From contig CP066691.1 in NCBI GenBank assembly GCA_016432485.1, forward strand, positions 676,944 through 740,943: a DNA stretch of 64,000 nucleotides. The letters run 5' to 3'. The notes below the pieces were generated by a model. The model was not told the DNA's origin and searched no databases. It saw only the letters and a list, made by a program, of their open reading frames with translations. A program made the translations under genes and the position numbers. Positions 6,964-16,512 of this stretch are shown here, piece after piece. Source of the stretch: Candidatus Niyogibacteria bacterium. GTDB taxonomy: Bacteria > Patescibacteriota > Minisyncoccia > HO2-45-28. Positions within the stretch are counted from its first letter, which is position 1, and the number at the start of each line of letters is the position of its first letter.

Positions 6964-9900
6964 ATGACCGACAAGGATTCGGAACATAAAAAATCATTTT
7001 CCGAAAGTGAGAAAGAAATTTTGGAATACTGGCGGAAAAATAAAATTTTTGAAGAAACCCTTGATAAAACCGAAAAGGGCAGGCCATTCGTGTTTTACGA
7101 GGGACCCCCTTACGCCAATGGCCGGCCGGGTATTCATCACGCGCTTGCCCGCGCCTTCAAAGACGCGATTTTGCGTTTTAAGACCATGCGGGGATTTTAT
7201 GTCCGCAGGAAAGCCGGATGGGATACTCACGGATTGCCGACTGAAATGGAAGTCGAGAAAAAACTCGGTTTGGCTTCCAAAAAAGATATAGAAGAAAAAG
7301 TCGGATTGGAAAAATTCGTTGAGGAAGCCAAAAAAAGCGTGTTCGGCTACAAAGAAGAATGGGAAAGACTGACCGACCGAATGGCTTACTGGCTTGATTT
7401 AAAAAATCCGTACGTGACTATGACCAATGGCTATATTGAGTCGCTCTGGTCGGTTTTTTCCAAGATCGCGGAAAACGGATATTTGTATAAGGACTACAAG
7501 GTTTTGCCGTGGTGTCCGCGATGCGGAACCTCGCTTTCGTCGCATGAACTCGCGCAGGGTTATAAAAAGGTAAAAGACGAATCAGTGTATGTTAAATTTC
7601 CCCTCAAACAACCTAAAAGCTATTTATTGGTTTGGACGACGACTCCCTGGACTTTGCCGGGCAACATTGCTTTGGCGGTCAATCCGAAAATCGGCTACGC
7701 GACGGTTGAAAAAAACGGCGAGCGGCTGATTTTGGCTAAAAGCCGGCTTGAAGTTCTTGAAGAAGATTATAAAGAAATAAACGAACAAAAAGGCAAAGAT
7801 CTGATCGGTCTGGAATATGAGCCGCTTTATCCAATATCTAACATTAAACATTCAACATCCGATTATAAGATAGTAGAGTCGGATTTCGTAACTGCCGAAG
7901 ACGGCACCGGCATTTTGCATGTAGCTCCGGCATTCGGCAGAGAGGACCAGGAAATAGGCAAAAAAGAAAAATTGCCAACTCCGATCACGGTGGACGAAGA
8001 GGGGAAATTGAAAGCGCCCGGGTACGCTTGGGACGGCAGATATTTCAAAGACGCCAATCCGCTTATTATTGAAGATTTAAAAAACCGGCAGCTTCTTTTT
8101 AAGACCGAACTTTACGAGCACGACTATCCGTTTTGCTGGCGTTGTCAGTCGCCTCTTATTTATTTCGCGAAGAATTCGTGGTTTTTAAAAACAACGGCGG
8201 TTAAAAATCAAATGATCGCCGAAAATAAAAAAATCGGCTGGCATCCGGAGTTTATTCGCGACGGGCGATTCGGCGAGTGGCTTTCCGAAAATGTTGATTG
8301 GGCGATTTCGCGCGAGCGTTACTGGGGGACTCCCTTGCCGATATGGCAATGCAACGCGTCCGGATGCGGGCATCAGGAAATAATCGGATCGCTTGAAGAA
8401 CTGGATAAGTTCGGGACAAAAAGAACTACGCGAGTTTTTATTATGCGTCACGGCGAGGCGGATCATAATGTTAACGGCTATGTGGGGCCGGTTATAAACG
8501 GCTCCGGCCTTACCGCAAAAGGCAGAAAACAGGTTGAAAAAGAAGTCAAAAAATTGGTCAAAGAAAAAATAGACATTATAATTTCTTCCCCGTTAACTCG
8601 CGCAAAACAAACCGCAGAAATTGTGTCTAAAACATTGGGAGCAAAAATAGAGGTAAACGAAAATATTTATGATTATAACTGGGGCAAACTTCAAGGAAAA
8701 ACGGTTGCGGAAGGGAACAAATTATTTCCGCTTGAAAGGAGATTTAAAGAATCTCCGCCGGGGGGAGAGAGCATACCGGATGTTCGAGCGAGAATGATGA
8801 TGGAGTTAAGGAAAGTTGTCAAAAAGCACGGCGGCAAAAATATTTTAATTATCAGCCACGGTGATCCGATATGGATTTTGAACGCGGCGCTTGAAGGGGC
8901 TGAAGAAAAAGATTATCCGCGATTATGGTATCCGAAAACAGGCGAAGCAAAAGAACTGAAGCTTCATAATTGGCCGTATAACCGAGCCGGAGAGCTGGAT
9001 TTGCACCGGCCTTATATTGATTTGATTGATTTGGTTTGTGCCAAATGCGGAGGCGAAATGAAGCGCGTGAAAGAAGTCGCTGATGTGTGGTTTGATTCGG
9101 GCGCCGTGCCGTTTGCCCAGGACAACTTTTTATTCGGCGCGAAAGCGAAAAGGCCCAGTCAATACCCCGCCGACTATATTGCCGAGGGAGTTGATCAAAC
9201 CAGGGGCTGGTTTTATACGCTGCTTGCCGTTTCGTCTCTATTGAAATTGCCGGCGCCTTATAAAAACGTTCTGGTCTTGGGATTGGTTCTTGATGAAAAA
9301 GGCGAAAAAATGTCCAAGTCGCGAGGTAACGCGGCTGAACCGCTGACGCTTTTTGAAAAATACGGGGCGGATGCCGTCAGATGGTATTTTTACACCGTTA
9401 ATCAGCCGTGGGACGAAAAACTTTTTAAAGAATCGGACATCGCGGAGGCCTCGCGAAGATTCCTGAATATTTTTTGGAACTCGTTTGTGTATTGGAGGAC
9501 TTATAAAGACAAGGGGAGTGTCCTGAAAAAAAAGCCGAGGCTTCTTATAAATAAATGGCTGGACATCAGATTAAACCAGGTTGGATACGACGCGACTGAA
9601 GCGCTTGAAAAATTTGACATTGTTCGCGCCGCGCGGATGATTGAAAACTTCGTGGCTGAAGATTTGTCGCGCTGGTATATCAGGCGGATAAGAGACGCCA
9701 TCAGATTCGGCTCAAAGCCCGAGAAAAAAGAGATAAGCGATATTTTTGGCCTTGCTTTGCGCGAGGTTTCAAAATTAGCGGCTCCTTTTATTCCCTTTTT
9801 GACAGACAGGATGTTTTTAGAAGTTATGAAAAACGGCAGTATTCATTTGGAAAAATGGACTAAATTCAAAAAACCGTCAGTATCCGAAAAAAAACTGGTT

Positions 9901-10371
9901 GAAGAAATGAACGAGGCGAGACGGATTGTTTCCTTGGGGCTTGAAGCGCGGGCGAAAGCCGGCATTAAAGTCCGCCAGCCGCTCGCATTGCTTAAAATCC
10001 GAAATCCGAAATCCGAAATCCGAAACAAAAAAGAATTTCTAAATTTAATAGAAGGGGAGGTGAATATTAAAAAAATAGTTTTTGATCCCAAAATCAAAGA
10101 CGAAGTTGAGTTGGACATAAACATAACTCCCGAACTGAAAGAAGAGGGCCAGCTTCGCGAACTTATACGTCATATTCAGGAGAAAAGAAAAGAAGCCGGT
10201 TTTAAGCCGTCAGATAAAATAACTTTTGCCGCATTAACCGACAGCAAAGGCGCCGCCTTTGTAAAGAAGTTTGAGGCAATCCTTAAAAAAGAAGCGGGGA
10301 TTAAAATAATAATTTTTGGAGAAGCGAAGCAAGAGCGGGGGCCCCTCATTTCTTTAAAATTTAATATATAA
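6964..10371 (+). CDS. ileS: isoleucyl-tRNA synthetase with an inserted histidine-phosphatase (PGAM-like) domain
   Basis: HIGH motif PPYANGRPGIHHA, KMSKS motif KMSKSRGN, editing/Zn regions; insert 8416-8970 carries RHGE...ISHGD. Confidence 0.9.
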   Translation: MTDKDSEHKKSFSESEKEILEYWRKNKIFEETLDKTEKGRPFVFYEGPPYANGRPGIHHALARAFKDAILRFKTMRGFYVRRKAGWDTHGLPTEMEVEKKLGLASKKDIEEKVGLEKFVEEAKKSVFGYKEEWERLTDRMAYWLDLKNPYVTMTNGYIESLWSVFSKIAENGYLYKDYKVLPWCPRCGTSLSSHELAQGYKKVKDESVYVKFPLKQPKSYLLVWTTTPWTLPGNIALAVNPKIGYATVEKNGERLILAKSRLEVLEEDYKEINEQKGKDLIGLEYEPLYPISNIKHSTSDYKIVESDFVTAEDGTGILHVAPAFGREDQEIGKKEKLPTPITVDEEGKLKAPGYAWDGRYFKDANPLIIEDLKNRQLLFKTELYEHDYPFCWRCQSPLIYFAKNSWFLKTTAVKNQMIAENKKIGWHPEFIRDGRFGEWLSENVDWAISRERYWGTPLPIWQCNASGCGHQEIIGSLEELDKFGTKRTTRVFIMRHGEADHNVNGYVGPVINGSGLTAKGRKQVEKEVKKLVKEKIDIIISSPLTRAKQTAEIVSKTLGAKIEVNENIYDYNWGKLQGKTVAEGNKLFPLERRFKESPPGGESIPDVRARMMMELRKVVKKHGGKNILIISHGDPIWILNAALEGAEEKDYPRLWYPKTGEAKELKLHNWPYNRAGELDLHRPYIDLIDLVCAKCGGEMKRVKEVADVWFDSGAVPFAQDNFLFGAKAKRPSQYPADYIAEGVDQTRGWFYTLLAVSSLLKLPAPYKNVLVLGLVLDEKGEKMSKSRGNAAEPLTLFEKYGADAVRWYFYTVNQPWDEKLFKESDIAEASRRFLNIFWNSFVYWRTYKDKGSVLKKKPRLLINKWLDIRLNQVGYDATEALEKFDIVRAARMIENFVAEDLSRWYIRRIRDAIRFGSKPEKKEISDIFGLALREVSKLAAPFIPFLTDRMFLEVMKNGSIHLEKWTKFKKPSVSEKKLVEEMNEARRIVSLGLEARAKAGIKVRQPLALLKIRNPKSEIRNKKEFLNLIEGEVNIKKIVFDPKIKDEVELDINITPELKEEGQLRELIRHIQEKRKEAGFKPSDKITFAALTDSKGAAFVKKFEAILKKEAGIKIIIFGEAKQERGPLISLKFNI

Positions 10372-10372
10372 A

Positions 10373-10933
10373 ATGTACAACCTTCATCATACCGAGGGCG
10401 TAATTTTGTCGGAAACGGATTTCGGCGAAGCCGACCGCATATATAATATCTACACTAAAGATTTTGGGAAAATTTCGGTTTTGGCCAAAGGGATAAGGTT
10501 GGAGAAGTCAAAATTAAGAACGCACTTAACGCCGCGATCTTTAATCCGGCTTTCTTTCGTAGAGGGTAAAGAATTTATGCGCCTGATAGACGCCGAAGAA
10601 ATTTATAATTTACCCGTGAACGAAGAAATATTCGCGTCGTTTACGCGGGCCGCGGCTTTTTTTGCGCGCATGATAAAAGGGCAGGAAAAAGATGAAGCGG
10701 TTTGGGAACTTATGCGCGGCATTTTATCCGACATCGAATGTTTGACAGTAGAATGGTTTGAGCCGCTTTTTGAAGCGAGGCTTCTGCATCGTTTGGGCTA
10801 TGTTTCTTTGCCTGATAAAAATCTCGGAAAAATTATTTCGGAAAATAATTGGTTTCAGCCGGCCTTACCTAAAGAAGAAATTTCGGCTCTCAAAAATATT
10901 TCCTATAAAGCCGCAATGGCTTCGCAGCTTTGA
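10373..10933 (+). CDS. recO: DNA repair protein RecO (short form)
   Basis: N-terminal OB-fold signature TEGVILSETDFGEADRIYNIYTKDFGKISVLAKGIR typical of RecO. Confidence 0.55.
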   Translation: MYNLHHTEGVILSETDFGEADRIYNIYTKDFGKISVLAKGIRLEKSKLRTHLTPRSLIRLSFVEGKEFMRLIDAEEIYNLPVNEEIFASFTRAAAFFARMIKGQEKDEAVWELMRGILSDIECLTVEWFEPLFEARLLHRLGYVSLPDKNLGKIISENNWFQPALPKEEISALKNISYKAAMASQL

Positions 10934-10967
10934 TTCAAAAAATCCCGCCGGAATCGGCGGGATTTCT

Positions 10968-12731
10968 TTATTCAATTAATTTTCGCATGGGGAGCGACTG
11001 ATCATCGGGTTCAAGCCGCACATTGATTATGGCAAGCGTTTTACTTTCGGCGGCTTGATGCAGCGCTTCGGCAAATCCATTCGGAGTTAAAACCAGAAAA
11101 CCGCGACCGTAATCAATGGCTTTTGCAAGCCGATGAAAATGAATTGGTGCCAGCGTCAGGCTTTCGGCATTCTGATTTTTATGGCGAAGCATTCCCCAGC
11201 CGTTATTATTAAGAACAATAATAATCGGGCAGAGGCCGTATTTTTTAAAAGAGCCAAGCTCGCCCTCCCACATTGAGAAAGCGCCGTCGCCGACAAGAAC
11301 AACCGGCCTTTTGCCGGCAAACTCAACGCCGAACGCGCCGACGCTGATGCCCATTGTTCCGTAGTTTGAAGACGTGAAGTATCCGGCCGGGCTTAATACT
11401 TGAAGAGCGATCATCATTGCGTCGCCGGTATCAGCTATAAGGGGCATATCCGTGTTTTTACTGAAAAACGCGTTCAGGATCGGCGCGATGTCGGCCGTTT
11501 TTATCGGCATGGGAACAGCGTCGCTCGCGCGCACTAAAGTTTTCTGATAATTTTTAGTTTCTTTTTCCGTATAATCGGCAAACGATTCAACTTTTTCATC
11601 ATCTCTCGGCAAAACATTCTCCGTCAGAAGGTTGATAAAATGAACCGCGTCTTTTGCGGATATGGTCGCATAGTGGTTGCCGATAACAATGGCGCGCTCC
11701 GGAAGGTCAATTTTAAGCGAGGGCCTTGGCAATTTTGGTTCCCTAAGGCCGTGGTTGACTTCATAATTATAAACGCCGATTTCCATTAAACAATCTGATG
11801 TTTCCGCCATCACGCCGGCAATTTCAGGATAGCTTGCGGTACCAACATATGCGCCTGTAAATAGCGGGTGTGTCAGAGGGAAATCACCGCGGCCATTAAA
11901 GCTTGAAATAACTGGAATGCGAGCCTTTTGGCTAAATCGCGCGATTGATTCTGTCAAACCGAATCGTTGGGCGAGATGCCCGATCAGAATTACGGGCCTT
12001 GCGGCATCGTCAAGCAAAGACATTGTTCTTTGGAGAAGGTTTTGAAACTTGCTTTCAGGCAGCCAAGTCAAAGTTTTTGCGGGAGGAGAGGGGAGGTATC
12101 TCGGCGTTTCAATAAGTCGATTCCACATATCCTGCGGAACTCCGATATAAACCGGCTGCTTGTCGCGCATGGCCATATCAATCATGCTGATAATTTGGCG
12201 CCAAGCGCGGCGATGGTCCACAAGGCTGATTGTGCGTTCGGGACCGAGAAGGTTTACAAAATTATCTCGCTGGTCGTCAAAATATCCCATTCGCGTCTGA
12301 TGATGAAAAAGACAGTGAGTTTCTGAGCGCTTATTTAAAGCGATTTCAGAACCAATGACAACGAGCGGACAAAAATTTGTTTTAGCATCCGTTACAGCCG
12401 AAAGCATATTAAGACAGCCGACATTATATGAGCCGTAACATGCTCCCAAGCCTTTTATGCGTCCGTAGATGTTCGCGGCAAAAGCACTTCCCGCCTCTGT
12501 TCTCGTCGTAATATTTGCAATTTCAGACTGTTCGCCTAAAGCGTAAACCAGGTCCAGAATGTAATCTCCGGGAACGCCGAAAATATGTTTAACGCCGCGG
12601 CAAGACAGCGCGGCCAATAGAAATCGAGAAAGCGTTTTTTGAGTCATGGCGCGAGCGCCTCCTTTATCAATTTTCAAGCCGACTTTCTGCGTTATATTAA
12701 CTCTTATTTGTTTTTTTGGCAAATAAGTCAT
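10968..12731 (-). CDS. thiamine-pyrophosphate-dependent enzyme (acetolactate synthase / pyruvate decarboxylase family)
   Basis: N-terminal TPP-pyrimidine domain HIFGVPGDYILDL, C-terminal TPP motif VVLVGDGAFSM...NNNGWG; probable true start at internal MTQKTLS (about 12647). Confidence 0.7.
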   Translation of the reverse strand: MTYLPKKQIRVNITQKVGLKIDKGGARAMTQKTLSRFLLAALSCRGVKHIFGVPGDYILDLVYALGEQSEIANITTRTEAGSAFAANIYGRIKGLGACYGSYNVGCLNMLSAVTDAKTNFCPLVVIGSEIALNKRSETHCLFHHQTRMGYFDDQRDNFVNLLGPERTISLVDHRRAWRQIISMIDMAMRDKQPVYIGVPQDMWNRLIETPRYLPSPPAKTLTWLPESKFQNLLQRTMSLLDDAARPVILIGHLAQRFGLTESIARFSQKARIPVISSFNGRGDFPLTHPLFTGAYVGTASYPEIAGVMAETSDCLMEIGVYNYEVNHGLREPKLPRPSLKIDLPERAIVIGNHYATISAKDAVHFINLLTENVLPRDDEKVESFADYTEKETKNYQKTLVRASDAVPMPIKTADIAPILNAFFSKNTDMPLIADTGDAMMIALQVLSPAGYFTSSNYGTMGISVGAFGVEFAGKRPVVLVGDGAFSMWEGELGSFKKYGLCPIIIVLNNNGWGMLRHKNQNAESLTLAPIHFHRLAKAIDYGRGFLVLTPNGFAEALHQAAESKTLAIINVRLEPDDQSLPMRKLIE

Positions 12732-12772
12732 GCGTATGGGCTGATGCCCGATTTGGGTGTTATAATGATTAA

Positions 12773-14677
12773 ATGGATGAGGATAGTTTGGGGCGCCTTA
12801 AAAAACGGCTTTATAAAAAAGGCGAGATTTTCCGCGGGCGTTTCCGTGAGCCAGAGCTTCCTTATAGAAAAGAAAGAGTTGGGTCCGAGTGGCTGGAAAA
12901 CCGGCCGGAAGAAGAGATTGCCGGCTTCTTAAAAGAATCAAGATTTTCTAAAATGAAGTTTTTTATATGGATTGCTTCAGTTTTTGTTTTGGGACTAGCC
13001 GTTCTAGCCACGGTTTATCTTTTTGGCGGCTTTGGAACAGTATCCTCGCGAAATATTGATGTTGTTATTTCCGCGCCGGCTGAAGTTGCCGGCGGCGATT
13101 TGGTCCGATGGGAAGTAACTGTTCATAACAAGAACAGCGTCAAATTGGTTTTGGCCGATTTAAGTTTCAAGTATCCCGACGGCTCACGTCCGGTCAGCAA
13201 ACTTTCGGGGCAGTTTTTAATAGAAAGAGTTTCAATCGGAGAGGTTCCTGCCGGAGAAGTGGCGCGTCAGACTTTTGCCGCTTATGTTTTTGGACCTGAA
13301 AATTTTGAAGGCGCAGCTGAGGCAACGCTGGAGTATCGCACTGAAGGGTCTAACGCGATTTTTGAAAAAAGCGAAAAGAATGTCGTAAAAATAATCCGTT
13401 CGCCGGTGGGAGTTTCAATATCGGCTCCTCAAGAAATAAATGCCGCCCGAGTCGTGGATTTTGAAATCAGGTATGTTTCAAATTCCTCGGATATCATCGG
13501 CGGCTTGGCGCTGGATGTAATTTATCCTGTCGGGTTCGTTTTTAAAAACGCGCGTCCCACGCCGGTTGAGGGTCAAAGCCGCTGGGCTTTGGGGGATTTA
13601 GCTCCGGGCGAAGCCAGGTCCATAACGGTTTCCGGAGTTTTTGAAGGAGAGGATTCGGAGCAAAAAAGCGTAGTGGCTCAAGTCGGAGCGCTTGACGGAA
13701 AAAATTTGCTGGTCTACGGCGCCGGAACCCACACTTTTATTCTAAGACGAATGTTCATTGATCTTGGAGTCAGGATAAACGGCCAGGATGAAATTTTGGC
13801 GGTAAAAAGCGGGGATTTTGTCAGTGCGGATGTTTTTTGGAAAAACAATCTTTTGCAGTCGGTGCGCAATGCCACGATAGAGCTTGAACTGACGGGAGAC
13901 GCGATTGACGAACGAAGCATATCGGTTTCATCGGGTTCATACCGAGGTTTTGAAAAAAAGATTATTTGGTCTCCATCAAGCAATAAAGATCTGGTTTTAA
14001 TTGATCCGGGAGCAACGGGACAAGCTCATGCCGGATTCAGGATTTTAGACGCCGTTTCTTTATCGCGCAAGCAATTAGTGAATCCGACCGTAAAATTGAA
14101 AGGTGAGATTAAGCCCGCTTTTCTTCCGGAAGGTTTTGAGGGCGCCGACATTTCCGGAAAATTTGAAATTGAATTAAAAATTGAAACCGCTCTGCAATTA
14201 TCCAGCGCCGGCTTTTATTATCTGCCGGCTTTGGCCGGTTATGGCCCGATACCTCCGCGCGTGGGGCAGGAAACCGTTTATACCGTCGTCTGGACTTTGG
14301 CTAATTTGTCTAATAATGCCAGCGGCGTTATTGTCAGAGCGTCACTGCCGGCATATGTCCGCTGGAAAGGCGTATTTAGTCCGGCCGTTGAAGAAATAAG
14401 TTATGACGCGGCAAAGTCCGAAATTGTCTGGAAGCCCGGGGCGGTAAAAGCCGGCGTTGGAATAACGCAGCCGGCAAGAGAGGCGTCTTTTCAGATAGGG
14501 ATTATTCCGTCGGCAGACCAGATAGGGTCGTCTCCGGTTTTGCTTTTTGACATCACGGCTTCCGGCCGAGATGATTTTACCGGAAATGCGATTAGTGACG
14601 CGGAATCGTCGCTCACAACCGACATATCAAGGTCGGATGTTAAAACCAAACAGGCCGACGGCGTTATTGTTCAATAA
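12773..14677 (+). CDS. large membrane-anchored surface protein with repeated beta-sandwich (DUF11/CARDB-like) modules
   Basis: TM helix FFIWIASVFVLGLAVLATVYLF (true start may be MKFF at 12953) followed by repetitive V/S/G-rich segments. Confidence 0.4.
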   Translation: MDEDSLGRLKKRLYKKGEIFRGRFREPELPYRKERVGSEWLENRPEEEIAGFLKESRFSKMKFFIWIASVFVLGLAVLATVYLFGGFGTVSSRNIDVVISAPAEVAGGDLVRWEVTVHNKNSVKLVLADLSFKYPDGSRPVSKLSGQFLIERVSIGEVPAGEVARQTFAAYVFGPENFEGAAEATLEYRTEGSNAIFEKSEKNVVKIIRSPVGVSISAPQEINAARVVDFEIRYVSNSSDIIGGLALDVIYPVGFVFKNARPTPVEGQSRWALGDLAPGEARSITVSGVFEGEDSEQKSVVAQVGALDGKNLLVYGAGTHTFILRRMFIDLGVRINGQDEILAVKSGDFVSADVFWKNNLLQSVRNATIELELTGDAIDERSISVSSGSYRGFEKKIIWSPSSNKDLVLIDPGATGQAHAGFRILDAVSLSRKQLVNPTVKLKGEIKPAFLPEGFEGADISGKFEIELKIETALQLSSAGFYYLPALAGYGPIPPRVGQETVYTVVWTLANLSNNASGVIVRASLPAYVRWKGVFSPAVEEISYDAAKSEIVWKPGAVKAGVGITQPAREASFQIGIIPSADQIGSSPVLLFDITASGRDDFTGNAISDAESSLTTDISRSDVKTKQADGVIVQ

Positions 14678-14716
14678 TTGATTGCTAATCGGTCCGCTTA
14701 CAATTAGACTTTCATA

Positions 14717-15997
14717 ATGGCAGAAAATAAATTGGAAAAAATAGTTTCGCTCGCCAAAAGGCGCGGATTTGTTTATCCGGCCTCTGAAATTTACGGGGGG
14801 CTGGCCGGCTTTTGGGATTTGGGACCTTACGGCGCCCAGTTAGCTCACAATATAAAAGATTTGTGGTGGAATCATTTTGTTAAAAGTCATGAAGATATGT
14901 ACGGCATCGCCACAACCGCCATAATGCCCGAAGCGGTTTGGCGCGCGAGCGGCCACTTGGAGGATTTTGCCGATCCGATGGTTGAATGTAAAAAATGCGA
15001 AGGGCGTTTTCGGGCGGATCAAGTGAAAGACGAAAAGAAATGCCCGGAATGCGGCGGTAAACTCGGAAACTCGCGGCAGTTTAATCTTATGTTTAAAACC
15101 GGAGAAGTATATTTGCGTCCGGAGATCGCTCAAGGAATGTTTGTTAATTTTAAAAATGTTTTGGATACGACGCGCGCGGCTCTCCCTTTCGGCATTGCCC
15201 AGATCGGCAAGGCGTATAGAAACGAAATTTCTCCGCGCGATTTTCTTTTTCGTGTAAGGGAATTCGATTTGATGGAGTTTGAATATTTTTGCCGCGAAAA
15301 AGAATGGCCGGAGCATTTTGAGCGTTGGCGTAAAGAGATGCTGTCTTGGATTGCGAGTGTCGGAATTGATGAGAGCATGGTTCATGAAATTGAGGTGCCG
15401 GAGAATGATCGCGCCCATTATTCAAAACGGACGGTTGATTTTGAGTTTGATTATCCCTTCGGCACAAAAGAACTTTATGGTTTGGCTTATCGCGCGGACT
15501 ACGATTTATCGCGCCATATGAAGGAATCCGGAGTTGATTTAAGGTACGCCGACCCTCAAAGCGGCGAAAAATTCGTTCCGCATGTTGTTGAGCCGACTTT
15601 CGGTTTGGGCCGGACGATTCTTGCGGTTTTGGTTTCGGCGTACGCCGAAGATGACTTTGGAGGAGAGCCGCGGACTTATTTAAAATTAAAACCGAGCATT
15701 GCTCCGGTAAAAATCGCTGTTTTCCCGTTAGTGAAAAATAAACCCGATTTAGTCAAAAAAGCCCGCGAGGTTTATCAAAATTTGAGAAAAGAGTTTGGCG
15801 CGGTTGAGTTTGACGATAACGGCAACATAGGCAAACGCTACCGCCGGCAAGACGAAATCGGAACGCCTTGGTGCGTAACGATTGACTACCAAACTTTGGA
15901 AGACGATACCGTAACCGTCCGTGATCGCGATTCGGGAAAACAGGAGCGTTTTGCGATAAAAGATTTGGAGACGCATTTTTTGAGCGTTTTACGCTGA
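14717..15997 (+). CDS. glyQS: glycyl-tRNA synthetase (alpha2 dimeric type)
   Basis: N-terminus RRGFVYPASEIYGGLAGFWDLGPYG and class II motifs. Confidence 0.9.
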   Translation: MAENKLEKIVSLAKRRGFVYPASEIYGGLAGFWDLGPYGAQLAHNIKDLWWNHFVKSHEDMYGIATTAIMPEAVWRASGHLEDFADPMVECKKCEGRFRADQVKDEKKCPECGGKLGNSRQFNLMFKTGEVYLRPEIAQGMFVNFKNVLDTTRAALPFGIAQIGKAYRNEISPRDFLFRVREFDLMEFEYFCREKEWPEHFERWRKEMLSWIASVGIDESMVHEIEVPENDRAHYSKRTVDFEFDYPFGTKELYGLAYRADYDLSRHMKESGVDLRYADPQSGEKFVPHVVEPTFGLGRTILAVLVSAYAEDDFGGEPRTYLKLKPSIAPVKIAVFPLVKNKPDLVKKAREVYQNLRKEFGAVEFDDNGNIGKRYRRQDEIGTPWCVTIDYQTLEDDTVTVRDRDSGKQERFAIKDLETHFLSVLR

Positions 15998-16055
15998 ATA
16001 AATCAGTTGTATAATTTAAAAAGAAGCGCGACTTGAGAAACTCGGAGAAAACGGG

Positions 16056-16442
16056 ATGAAAAGAAAGATAAGGCGGACGAAATATCATATCAGATATAGG
16101 TATCGCGCAAAAGACGGCCGTTTAGGCCGGCGTCAGCTTAAAATTCTGGGCTTATGGTTTGGCGCGATTATTTTTCTTGGTTGGCTGAATAATTATTTCT
16201 TTACGCCGTTTTCTGAAAGTGAAGTGAGGGCCGCGGATCGGTCCTCGCGGCATGTAGAACTTGTCAGAGCCACGGGTGTTGAAAGAATTATTATTAAAAA
16301 GACGGATCCGAGCGGAGCCACAAAAACATATCGCGGAAATGTCGGAAAGGGTGTTGGTTTTCGCGAAGACGGCATGAGTTATAATCTTAAGGGTTATATT
16401 AAAGAAAATGGCGAGCTGATTCTTAACATAGACGTAGAGTGA
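16056..16442 (+). CDS. hypothetical small membrane-anchored protein
   Basis: Basic N-terminus then TM LGLWFGAIIFLGWL; no recognised domain. Confidence 0.35.
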   Translation: MKRKIRRTKYHIRYRYRAKDGRLGRRQLKILGLWFGAIIFLGWLNNYFFTPFSESEVRAADRSSRHVELVRATGVERIIIKKTDPSGATKTYRGNVGKGVGFREDGMSYNLKGYIKENGELILNIDVE

Positions 16443-16446
16443 GTTT

Positions 16447-16490
16447 TTGCAGGGGCGCGTTATGTCACGCGCCCATTTTTATTTTTTTAC
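16447..16490 (+). terminator. rho-independent terminator
   Basis: GGGCGCG-TTATGTCA-CGCGCCC + ATTTTTATTTTTTT. Confidence 0.7.
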
Positions 16491-16512
16491 CGGCCATGAT
16501 AATATTTAAAAT

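Noticed and set aside
8416-8970. Intein interpretation of the IleS insert
   Set aside because: No intein splice-junction signatures (N-terminal Cys/Ser-block A, C-terminal HN + Cys/Ser/Thr). The insert instead carries RHGE...SHG histidine-phosphatase motifs.
14840-15467. Minus-strand ORFs (192, 105, 82 aa) inside glyQS
   Set aside because: Antisense shadow ORFs within a well-conserved GlyRS gene.
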